Below, piece by piece: positions 9,312 through 17,456 of a DNA stretch of 64,000 nt (position 1 is its first letter; each line of letters opens with the position of its first letter). The stretch comes from Candidatus Latescibacterota bacterium (GTDB taxonomy: Bacteria; Latescibacterota; UBA2968; UBA8231). The stretch spans positions 7,059-71,058 of the forward strand of contig DASCMS010000003.1 of the NCBI GenBank assembly GCA_036011085.1, written 5' to 3'. The notes under the pieces were generated by a model. The model had not been told where the DNA came from and made no database searches. It saw only the letters and a list, made by a program, of their open reading frames with translations. The position numbers were made by a program, and so were the translations under genes.

Positions 9312-9434
9312 CTAGCGTGCGCAGAGGATAACAAAACTCGTAACCAGCAACGTTGCGATATACATCCCAAACCAGTCTCGCAAAGCTTCCGTGCGATCGG
9401 GATTGCCGTTGAGGGCTTTGGTCAGGTGGCTCAT
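9312..9434 (-). CDS. Candidate 40-aa small membrane peptide
   Basis: MSHLTKALNGNPDRTEALRDWFGMYIATLLVTSFVILCAR; single C-terminal hydrophobic helix; only a weak purine-rich RBS. Confidence 0.4.
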   Translation of the reverse strand: MSHLTKALNGNPDRTEALRDWFGMYIATLLVTSFVILCAR

Positions 9435-9473
9435 CCATCCATCTTCCGGGTCGTTGTCCGATCGATATTGATC

Positions 9474-9631
9474 GAGACGACACAGCAGAAGCAAGGCTTA
9501 TGCCAGTTCTCAGAAGGAAGAGTCCGTTATATCTGTAACCTACGTGTTTACAACATGTTCCCAGTTATCGTTGCAGATTCAGACTGCACCTTTCATACCC
9601 TTGCGACAGCAGAATCCCTTTGCCTCGTCTC
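9474..9631. ncRNA. Candidate structured RNA (long rod with internal loops); identity unknown
   Basis: Nested complementary blocks 9474-9480/9625-9631, 9491-9496/9599-9604, 9521-9524/9582-9585, 9531-9539/9570-9578, 9542-9548/9552-9558. Confidence 0.35.
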
Positions 9632-9671
9632 ACTGTTGACACGCCAGAGGGCATCACTCCGAGCGCGAGAC

Positions 9672-9703
9672 ATCAATTATGATATTTACGTATCGTAATT
9701 GAT
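9672..9703. promoter_or_regulatory. AT-rich 13-6-13 inverted repeat (candidate operator or recombinase site)
   Basis: ATCAATTATGATA-TTTACG-TATCGTAATTGAT, one mismatch between arms. Confidence 0.55.
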
Positions 9704-9766
9704 ACACCTGGACCGTGTCGACAACATTCACCTCGAGAACGGACGCCTGGTCACTCACCGTTCGCC

Positions 9767-10882
9767 TCATGCCCCGTCAGGAACTACTGGAACATCCACC
9801 CATCGGCGCTCCCGATCGGCGGTAACGACTGCTTCGGCCACCGCCTGGGCGCGCATGCCATGATAGAAGGAGGGCGTGCAGTCACGTTCCTGCCGAATGG
9901 CGCTGACGAACTCCCAGGCCTGGTCGTAGCGAAAAGTGCGACCCGGGTCACCCTCCCCCGGGTCACTAGGACTTCCCTGGCGTTTGAGAAACTGCTCCGG
10001 AACCGGCAGAACCCTGTACGGCTCACTCCGGCCTCGCCCGGCGAAGAGGATCTCGTGGGGGCTATGCAGGTGATACGCGGCGCTGGCCTCGGTACCATTC
10101 AGTTCGGCAAGATCGTGATCGCCACCAGGACCACGCCCCCTCGACAGCTTGCCCATCTCGAAGACGCAGCTCGCCCCGCTGTCGAACTCGGCGATCCAGG
10201 CCACCCAGTCCTCCACGTCCTGTGGCGGACACGCCTGACCCTCCCCTGTCTGCTGGCGCGGTACCAGTTGTTTCATGCTGGAGCACACTGAACGGATCGG
10301 CCCCATCAGATCCTCTGCATAGTCGATCCGATGGATCCCCATGTCACCCAGCTCTCCCAGTCCCGCCTGGGCCCGGTACTGGCGCCAGCCGATGGCGTTC
10401 TCACCCCAGTCCTGCAACCGCTGGATCCGGGCGTGTCGGATCGTGCCCAGTGCGCCGCTGTCGACGAGGTGCTTCAGGTACGCCATACCGGGAACGAAGC
10501 GGTAGGTGAAGGCCGTCATGTGGCGCCTTCCCGAGGACACGGCTGTCCGATAGATGGCGACCGTTTCGGCCAGATCCATACCGAGAGGCTTCTCGCACAT
10601 CACGTGACAACCAGCCTCCAGGGCTCGTTCGATCAGACCTCGATGCAGGTGATTTGGCGTAGCGATGACGACGGCATCGAGATCAGTCTTGAGAAACTCG
10701 TCCACATCGGCGGTCGTCCTCTCAACGCCCCACTCGACTCGCCGGCTCTCCAGCAGAGCGGCATCCGGATCGCAGAGGGCAGCGATCTCCACGCCCGGAA
10801 TCCGCGACAGTCCGGGAAAGTGCACGGCCGCGCAGACTCCCCCCACACCGATCAGCCCGACTTGCAGAGTAGCTTGGCTCAT
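9767..10882 (-). CDS. Gfo/Idh/MocA family oxidoreductase
   Basis: VGLIGVGG, ATPNHLH, HVMCEKP, GELGDMGIHRID. Confidence 0.92.
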   Translation of the reverse strand: MSQATLQVGLIGVGGVCAAVHFPGLSRIPGVEIAALCDPDAALLESRRVEWGVERTTADVDEFLKTDLDAVVIATPNHLHRGLIERALEAGCHVMCEKPLGMDLAETVAIYRTAVSSGRRHMTAFTYRFVPGMAYLKHLVDSGALGTIRHARIQRLQDWGENAIGWRQYRAQAGLGELGDMGIHRIDYAEDLMGPIRSVCSSMKQLVPRQQTGEGQACPPQDVEDWVAWIAEFDSGASCVFEMGKLSRGRGPGGDHDLAELNGTEASAAYHLHSPHEILFAGRGRSEPYRVLPVPEQFLKRQGSPSDPGEGDPGRTFRYDQAWEFVSAIRQERDCTPSFYHGMRAQAVAEAVVTADRERRWVDVPVVPDGA

Positions 10883-11817
10883 GCGACACCTCCAGCGGTC
10901 GTGGCCATCGGTGCACTCAGCAACCCCTCTTCGGCCAGCAGTGCGTCCATCATTTCGTGCACCCGCGGCAGGTCGGCGGCGGCCACATCTTCGGCGAAGG
11001 GTACCACGGGGCCACCCACAAGACCGGCGTAGTCCATGGCCGCATGCAGCAACGAAGCCGAATACCGGGCGCCATTCTCGGCGCGGAAGTCTTCGAAGGG
11101 CACCATCAGAGCCCGCAGCCGCTCCGCCTCGGCAAGATCACGACGACGGAAGGCGGACAGTAGGGAGAGGCTCATGCGCGGCAGGAAATTGGCCATTCCA
11201 GAGCTGAAGCCGACGGCCCCTGACTGCAGGTAGGTGATACTCGGATCCTCGGCCATGCCGCAGACCATGGCGCACGTCTGGCCGGCGCCGGCGACGATCT
11301 GCCGGAAGGAGTCCACGTCGTCAACGGCATATTTCAACCCGACGACGCTTTCCAGGGCACACAGTTCGACCACCGACTCCACGGGCATGATATCGAGGCG
11401 TCGTTGGTAGAGGACGATGGGCAGCCCCGCAAGATCGCTGATACGGCGCAGCCCCTCGTGGGAGCCCGGCGCTGAGGCCGGCCCGACGATGGGCATCACC
11501 ATGGCGCCGGCAACCCCGAGGCCGCGGGCGATACGAGCCATTTCTAGTGAGCGTCCGTACCCGGGACCGATCCCGGGCACGACCAGTGCCTCCCCCGCCG
11601 CATCGACAAAGGCGGCAGTCACCTGCTCGAACTCGGCCATCGTGGCGTCGTAGACGAGGCCGGTGCCACACATGGGCATGAGGAACCGGACGCCGTTGTT
11701 GACGAGGTGGGATACGTTCCGATGTACGCCATCCAGGTCGACGTCGCCGTTGGTGCGCCGTGGCGTGATAGCGACGACGAGGACGTCGGCACAGTCGGCG
11801 TGGGTCAGGGCTCTCAA
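10879..11817 (-). CDS. Dihydrodipicolinate synthase-family aldolase/dehydratase (5-dehydro-4-deoxyglucarate dehydratase-like)
   Basis: VAITP, MCGTG, PIVLYQR, Schiff-base VVGLKYA, GFSSGMANF. Confidence 0.85.
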   Translation of the reverse strand: MRALTHADCADVLVVAITPRRTNGDVDLDGVHRNVSHLVNNGVRFLMPMCGTGLVYDATMAEFEQVTAAFVDAAGEALVVPGIGPGYGRSLEMARIARGLGVAGAMVMPIVGPASAPGSHEGLRRISDLAGLPIVLYQRRLDIMPVESVVELCALESVVGLKYAVDDVDSFRQIVAGAGQTCAMVCGMAEDPSITYLQSGAVGFSSGMANFLPRMSLSLLSAFRRRDLAEAERLRALMVPFEDFRAENGARYSASLLHAAMDYAGLVGGPVVPFAEDVAAADLPRVHEMMDALLAEEGLLSAPMATTAGGVA

Positions 11818-11873
11818 GTGTGTTCGCTCCTCGGGTTCGGTGGATTTGCTGACGAGAATATCCAGTAGGAACG

Positions 11874-12248
11874 CTACGTCCAGCGAGTGTCTGCACTCGT
11901 CGAAACGTGCCGATTGTAGCGGTCGATGTAGTCATCCCGGGGTGGGCTGAAGATATCGAGAACCTTCACCACCTCATCCCCCTCGACGATTCCCCAGTGA
12001 ACGACGTCGCCGGGAATGATGAAGGCATCACCGGGACCAGCGACTCTCTCCTCTTCCCCGATCCGGAAACGCAAAGACCCCGACAGCACGAGCCCTGCCT
12101 GTTCATGGGGATGGCTGTGCTCGGGGATCTCGCAACCCGGAGCCAGATCGAGGAAGGAGAGCATCAGGTTATCCCCGTGAATGATGCCGCTGAGGGCTTT
12201 GGGAAAGAGCTCCAAGCGGGGCAGCTCATCGGCATTGACGAAGGGCAT
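11874..12248 (-). CDS. Cupin domain protein (KdgF-like)
   Basis: PEHSHPHEQ, IIPGDVVH, LDIFSPPRDDY. Confidence 0.88.
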   Translation of the reverse strand: MPFVNADELPRLELFPKALSGIIHGDNLMLSFLDLAPGCEIPEHSHPHEQAGLVLSGSLRFRIGEEERVAGPGDAFIIPGDVVHWGIVEGDEVVKVLDIFSPPRDDYIDRYNRHVSTSADTRWT

Positions 12249-12254
12249 ATGTCT

Positions 12255-13628
12255 TCAGCTCGCTTGAGAAAGGGTGTCCGGCTTGCGGACGAAGGTCCGC
12301 AGCCAGGTATCGGTGCGATAGCGCCGTCCCAACGGCAGGGCGCGCCCAATCATGAGCGCGGCATACGCCATCCACACCGAGAGCAGGCCACCGTCCAGCC
12401 ACACGACCAGAACGACAGCGGTGGGTACGAAGAAGATGAAGGCAGCCACTGCCATGGCCCGGAACATGTAGGCCATGTCGTTGGCGCCGATGAAAATCCC
12501 GTCGAAGACAAAGACCACCGCGTTGAGCGGCTGCATGACGGCCACGAGAATCGTCAGAGCGCCGACGGCGGCGGTGACCTCGTCATGGGTCGTCAGCAGT
12601 GCAGCCAGTGACTCGAGGCCGGAGGCATAGACCAGACCAAAGCATAGGCCGATGACGAGTCCCCAACAGAGAATGCGCCTGGCGTAGGCCCGGGCACGGT
12701 CATTGCGGCCGCTCCCGAGAGCGCCGCCGATCAACGCTTCGGCCGCATGGGCAAAGCCATCGACTCCGTAGCTGACCAGGGACCACAGCTGCCAGACGAC
12801 AGTGTGGGCCGCCAGGGGTACTTCCCCCATGCGTGCCACCAGTGCTACAAGGCTGAACTGTGCAAAGAGCAGACACAACGTGCGTCCGAGAAGGTTGATA
12901 TTCGTGTCGAAGAGGTGACGCAACCGTGCCGGGTCGAACAGTCGGCGCCACGAGGGCATGGTGAGGTAGGCGCGGTAGCGTGTCAGCAACAACAGGACCC
13001 CCACCGCCAGAGCCACCCCGTTGGCCGCTACCGACGCCCAGGCGGCGCCGACCACTCCGAGTTCCGGTGCGCCCCAGCGACCGAAGATCAGCGCATAGTC
13101 GGCCACGACGTTCACAGCGTTCGCTACCACGGTGACCAGAAGGGGTCCCACGGCGTACGCCGTACCCAGAAAGAACCCGTTCAGCGCCAGCGTGGCCAGC
13201 ACCAGGGGGACGCCGAGTACGCGGACATCAAAGTAGCGCTGTCCCCAGAACTGCACGCTCTCCGTACCGCCCACGAGGACGAATCCGTAGTGTGATAGCG
13301 GGCCGCGCAACAGCAGCACGACAACACCGAGTACGGCTGCCAGCAGCAGCGCTCGGTACAGCGCCGCCGTACAGTTCGTCCGGTCCTCGGCGCCATGATA
13401 GTGGGCGATGATCGAGGTGGTGCCCATACGCAGGAAGCCGGCACTCCAGAACAGGACGTCGAACAGGATACTCGCCGTGGCCACCGCGCCGAGGAAGGCG
13501 ACCTTGCTCAAGTGGCCGACCATGGCGGTATCGGCAAGCCCGATGAGGGGCACCGAAATCGATGCCAGCACACTGGGGACGGCGAGACGCAGGATGGTCC
13601 GGTCGAGAGAGAGATTTCTGTCAGCCAC
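12255..13628 (-). CDS. MATE family efflux transporter (DinF-like)
   Basis: ILRLAVP...PLIGLADTAMVGHL, FLRMGTT, GVVGAAWAS, about 12 TM; start set at the GTG overlapping the upstream stop. Confidence 0.9.
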   Translation of the reverse strand: MADRNLSLDRTILRLAVPSVLASISVPLIGLADTAMVGHLSKVAFLGAVATASILFDVLFWSAGFLRMGTTSIIAHYHGAEDRTNCTAALYRALLLAAVLGVVVLLLRGPLSHYGFVLVGGTESVQFWGQRYFDVRVLGVPLVLATLALNGFFLGTAYAVGPLLVTVVANAVNVVADYALIFGRWGAPELGVVGAAWASVAANGVALAVGVLLLLTRYRAYLTMPSWRRLFDPARLRHLFDTNINLLGRTLCLLFAQFSLVALVARMGEVPLAAHTVVWQLWSLVSYGVDGFAHAAEALIGGALGSGRNDRARAYARRILCWGLVIGLCFGLVYASGLESLAALLTTHDEVTAAVGALTILVAVMQPLNAVVFVFDGIFIGANDMAYMFRAMAVAAFIFFVPTAVVLVVWLDGGLLSVWMAYAALMIGRALPLGRRYRTDTWLRTFVRKPDTLSQAS

Positions 13629-13965
13629 CACCGGCACCCGGGTCGTCGTCCTGCCAGAGGAATCGACGCAGGTCAACGCGCCCGCCGACGAAGGTCACCC
13701 CCTCCGACTCCAGCAGGTCCTGTTGAAAATGGTGCATGCCGCTACGCGCCCGCGGCGAGACCTCGCCACGGGAATTGATGACGCGCTGCCAGGGGATGTC
13801 GGCACGGGATTCGGGCAGCGCCGCCAGGGCGTACCCCACCTGGCGTGCGTGCTGCGGGAAGCCGGCGATCCTGGCGACCTGGCCGTAGGTAGCGACACGA
13901 CCGCACGGAATCCGGGAGACGACTTCGTAGAACGTCAGCCAGCGCGAACCACTCGTGTCGGCCAA
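13621..13965 (-). CDS. Alkyltransferase-like protein (ATL, MGMT family)
   Basis: IPCGRVATYGQVA, ARQVG, PWQRVINSRG with Trp replacing the catalytic Cys of PCHRV. Confidence 0.9.
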   Translation of the reverse strand: MADTSGSRWLTFYEVVSRIPCGRVATYGQVARIAGFPQHARQVGYALAALPESRADIPWQRVINSRGEVSPRARSGMHHFQQDLLESEGVTFVGGRVDLRRFLWQDDDPGAGGG

Positions 13966-13970
13966 GCGCT

Positions 13971-14216
13971 TCAGCAGTTCGACTGGGGAGGGACACCCGA
14001 CGTCGTCGCCTCGTCTGTCCCTTCGAGCAGGTCGATGGCCTTGGCGTAGCTGCGTTTCTCAAGGCAGTGGAGCAACCCGGGCGGCGCGTCCTCGTTGAGT
14101 GTGTCTCGCAGACTGTCGAGTGTGGCCAGGTGCAACCGCAGGCCATCCCCATCACCGCTCTCGATGGCCTTCATAAGATCCTTGAGCGTCGAGCGCAGAG
14201 CCTCGGTTTGTGGCAT
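13971..14216 (-). CDS. Small helical hypothetical protein
   Basis: GGAG RBS, fills the gap in a co-directional run; amphipathic helices, LLHCLEKRSYAKA. Confidence 0.7.
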   Translation of the reverse strand: MPQTEALRSTLKDLMKAIESGDGDGLRLHLATLDSLRDTLNEDAPPGLLHCLEKRSYAKAIDLLEGTDEATTSGVPPQSNC

Positions 14217-14232
14217 CGGTCGATGGCTCCTC

Positions 14233-14961
14233 TCAGGCGGCCATAATCAGACTGGTCACCCAGTCCTCGGTGTCGTTGCGGATTCTGTAGCTTGTACCCG
14301 GTGGCAGGTGGATCATGTCACCCTCGGTGATGGCATGTTCGACGCCGTCCGACTCCAGCATTCCCCGGCCGTCGAGCACATAATAGACGAGTTCGAGTTC
14401 ACTCTCGGTACGCTCGGCGCTGGCATTCAGCGGTTGCACCGCTTCGTGATCGATGAAGGCCATGCCGCGCAGGACCGCTCCCTCGGTGCCTGCACCCTCG
14501 GGACACAGCTGTCGCCAGTGGACGGCGCCAGCCCCGTCGCCGATGGCAGGAACCTGCCGCCAGTGGCTGATCCGGAACTCGCCGCCATTGCCCTCGACGT
14601 TCTGCGAGATCACATGATGCTCCAGCCACTCATCGCTGTCCTCGTTGAACATTTGATGATGGATGCCCGAGGGCAGGTATACCGCGTCGCCGGCCTCGAC
14701 AGGATACCGTTCGCCGTCAAACAGTACTTCACCGGCACCGGACAGGATGTAGTACACCTGTTCGGTGTTCTCATGCTTGTGGTGATCAGACGTCTTGCGC
14801 CCCTGCAATGCGTGCCGGGCGAATCCTCCCAGCCGCTGCAGACGATCGCGCTCATCCTCGGAATCACGCTCGATGTCACGCAGGCCACCCCAGTGAACGG
14901 CGCTCAGATGGGCGATCTTCGGCTGGAAATCCCGCCAGTTCCTGAGAAAAATGTCGGTCAC
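14233..14961 (-). CDS. Bicupin protein
   Basis: Two cupin repeats (HHKHENTEQVYYILSG...PSGIHH; ELVYYVLDGRG...PPGTSY). Confidence 0.85.
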   Translation of the reverse strand: MTDIFLRNWRDFQPKIAHLSAVHWGGLRDIERDSEDERDRLQRLGGFARHALQGRKTSDHHKHENTEQVYYILSGAGEVLFDGERYPVEAGDAVYLPSGIHHQMFNEDSDEWLEHHVISQNVEGNGGEFRISHWRQVPAIGDGAGAVHWRQLCPEGAGTEGAVLRGMAFIDHEAVQPLNASAERTESELELVYYVLDGRGMLESDGVEHAITEGDMIHLPPGTSYRIRNDTEDWVTSLIMAA

Positions 14962-15752
14962 AGCGCCACGATCCGGCGCATGCGCTCGGCCATCTCGACC
15001 TGCTTGCCATGCTCTCCGCCGACTTCGTGAATCAGCGTGCCGTCGTAGCCGATGTTGCGCAACTCCGCCATCACCGTCGGCCAGTCCGTGTCACCGTCCA
15101 TCAGGTCGACCCAGCTGCTGCCGCGGCGCACGAAGTCCTTCAGGTGCACCTTCTTGATACGCTGGCCGAGATCTCGGATCCAGTGTTCGGGGAACCCGTA
15201 GGCCATCATATTGGCCGTATCCAGGTAGATTCCCACCCACTCGCTGCCGATTTCATCGACGAGCTGGCCGGCCTCGCGCGGGCTCAGGAGAAACTTGTTC
15301 CACACGTTCTCCACGGCGATGGCCGCCTGGTTCTGTGCCGCCACCGGAGCCAGATCGCGCAGGCCACCGACAAGGTCATCCCATGCTTGAGCGTACGTAC
15401 CTGCCGCGCTCAGCTGTCCCGGGTGCAGCAACACCGCCTCCGTCCCCAGGGTACCAGCGATCTCGAGAGCGCGGCCCAGACACCGGCAGCAGGCCTCTCG
15501 TTCGGCGCCATCACGACTCAGAAGATTGCCCCTCTCGGCATAGTGCCCGAGGATGGCGGCGATCGTTACCCCTGCCTCCCGACAACGGCCTGCCACTGAG
15601 GACAGCTCATCGACGCTCATGTCGATGTTGAGGTCCTTGCCCTCGGCGGTGAAGGTCAACTCCACCGCCTCATACCCGGCATCGGCACACAGCGCCAGGG
15701 TGTCGTCCAGGCTCATGTCGCCCAGGATGATCTGCGTTACACCGATCTTCAC
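14958..15752 (-). CDS. Sugar phosphate isomerase/epimerase (xylose isomerase-like TIM barrel)
   Basis: AVENVWNKFL, LDTAN, VHLKDF, LIHE metal ligands. Confidence 0.9.
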   Translation of the reverse strand: MKIGVTQIILGDMSLDDTLALCADAGYEAVELTFTAEGKDLNIDMSVDELSSVAGRCREAGVTIAAILGHYAERGNLLSRDGAEREACCRCLGRALEIAGTLGTEAVLLHPGQLSAAGTYAQAWDDLVGGLRDLAPVAAQNQAAIAVENVWNKFLLSPREAGQLVDEIGSEWVGIYLDTANMMAYGFPEHWIRDLGQRIKKVHLKDFVRRGSSWVDLMDGDTDWPTVMAELRNIGYDGTLIHEVGGEHGKQVEMAERMRRIVAL

Positions 15753-15839
15753 GATTCTTCGGCTTTCTCTTGGGAGGGACGTGTCGTGCAGGAAAATAAC
15801 CGCGCTGGCTGAGAGCGTCCAGAAGCCCTGGACGGGGTG

Positions 15840-16298
15840 TCAGAACGGCAGTGTGAACAGTCCCGTGCGATAGCCGAATTGCAGCCCCACCGAACTCAGG
15901 CCCAGCAGGATTCCCACAGCGGCGCGGAGGATGAAGACGCGGAACAGGCGCAACCCCAGCCAAGTCGCATTGCCACTGAACCAAAGGCCCGCCACGGACA
16001 GCACGAGAAGGAAGGGTGACAACCAGAAGAGGAGGCAGGCGAAGAAACTGAGGATCAGACCCAGCGTTGCATTCACACCGGTTCCCGTCTTCGTACGCTC
16101 GAGTTGATCAGCTTCCTCCTCCTCCGGCGTGGGCCCCTCGTCCTCTGCAGGCGGCACCTCGGTCGAGATCTCGCCGGGTGGCGAGAAGGGTTGCCGACCA
16201 CGAGAGGCCAGCAGCCGCGCTACCCAGACGAAGGTCCAGACGAGCACTCCGAAGGCAGCGGCGAGAATGAGGATCGACAGCAGCCAGAAGAAGGACAT
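15840..16298 (-). CDS. Hypothetical membrane protein
   Basis: N-terminal TM, acidic/Pro linker, 2-3 further TM; start moved to ATG 16298, 8 nt after a TATATT -10-like hexamer. Confidence 0.7.
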   Translation of the reverse strand: MSFFWLLSILILAAAFGVLVWTFVWVARLLASRGRQPFSPPGEISTEVPPAEDEGPTPEEEEADQLERTKTGTGVNATLGLILSFFACLLFWLSPFLLVLSVAGLWFSGNATWLGLRLFRVFILRAAVGILLGLSSVGLQFGYRTGLFTLPF

Positions 16299-16442
16299 GG
16301 TTCGGGAATATACCGTCGGTCTCCAGTGGCGGGCGAGCCCGCGAGAGCAAGGTGGACGTTGTGGCCCATCAAGGCCGAGGCTACTTTCTGCGCTTCGGAG
16401 AGAACACGCTGACGGATATTTCACATCCACAGGAGCTTACAC

Positions 16443-17399
16443 ATGCCTCGCGTACGCAAGGCCGACTACACTGTCGGTGTTGTCGGTGTCGGTCGTATGG
16501 GCGCCAACATCGCCCGTCATCTCAAGGACGATGGTTTCCCCGTTTCCGTCGTTTACGACACCCACAGACCCCTGGCGACGAAGTTGGCTCGCTCGCTCAA
16601 GGCGAAGGTGGGCAACAGCCTCGCTGACGTCACCGCCCAGGCCGACTACATCATCACCGTCGTCACCGATGACGCCTCCATGAAAGACATCTTCTCCACG
16701 CGTGGTGACAGCCTCCTCGTCAACGCCAGGGGCAAGACCTTCATCAACTGCGCCACCATCTCCCCTGAGACCCATGTCGAGGTGGAGAAACGAGCCGCCA
16801 AGGCAAAGGCGCGCACACTGGAGGGCTGCATGGCTTCCTCCATCACCCAGGCCCGGGACGGCACGCTATATCTCATGTGCGGCGGCAGGAAGCCCGTATT
16901 CGACCGCTGCCGGCCGCTCCTCGACAGCATGAGCGTCAGCTTGCGCTACATCGGCACATCCGGCAAGGCGGCGCAGGTGAAGGCCCTGGTGAACATGGTG
17001 ATGAACATCAACACCGCCGGCCTTGCCGAAGGGCTCGGCCTGGGCAAGGCACTCGGCCTCGATCTCAAGGTGTTGATGGAGGTCTTCTCCCAGACCGGTG
17101 CCAACTCCCGTGTACTGGAGACAGACGGCGAGGACATGGTAGCCCGCGATCACGAGTGCTACTTCTCCGCGGCTCACGCGGCCAAGGACTCGGGTATCGC
17201 GCTGAAGGTGGCGGCGTCAAAGAATCTCAGCCTGCCGTTGGCACGCGCCTCGAAGAGTCAGTTCGACAAGATGATCAAGATCGGCAAAGGCGAGCTGGAC
17301 AAGTCGGGGGTTGCCGAGTTGACCTTCCCCGGTCGGTCAGCAGGAGCGGGCAAGCCAGCTACCAGCAAGAAGGCGAAGGCTGCGGCGAAGCGTCGCTAG
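16443..17399 (+). CDS. 3-hydroxyisobutyrate/6-phosphogluconate dehydrogenase-family NAD(P) oxidoreductase
   Basis: AGGAG RBS; GVVGVGRMGANIA, GTLYLMCGG, catalytic VKALVN; Lys/Ala-rich tail. Confidence 0.9.
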   Translation: MPRVRKADYTVGVVGVGRMGANIARHLKDDGFPVSVVYDTHRPLATKLARSLKAKVGNSLADVTAQADYIITVVTDDASMKDIFSTRGDSLLVNARGKTFINCATISPETHVEVEKRAAKAKARTLEGCMASSITQARDGTLYLMCGGRKPVFDRCRPLLDSMSVSLRYIGTSGKAAQVKALVNMVMNINTAGLAEGLGLGKALGLDLKVLMEVFSQTGANSRVLETDGEDMVARDHECYFSAAHAAKDSGIALKVAASKNLSLPLARASKSQFDKMIKIGKGELDKSGVAELTFPGRSAGAGKPATSKKAKAAAKRR

Positions 17400-17423
17400 A
17401 ACACGCTCTGCTGACGCAGAGAA

Positions 17424-17456
17424 TCAGGGGAGGCGTCCGTCGGGCGCCTCCCCTGA
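17424..17456. terminator. 15-bp hairpin at a convergent gene junction
   Basis: TCAGGGGAGGCGTCC-GTC-GGGCGCCTCCCCTGA; no U-tract; lies inside the last codons of the minus-strand gene. Confidence 0.5.

Noticed and set aside
8580-9698. 372-aa + strand ORF overlapping the lnt 3' end, suggesting a frameshift
   Set aside because: Arg/Ser/Cys-rich with no motifs; the lnt frame itself carries ordered lipase motifs
9674-9701. Canonical XerCD dif site
   Set aside because: 11-6-11 geometry fits but neither arm matches TTATGTTAAAT or the ATAA-N6-TTAT core; kept only as an unassigned palindrome
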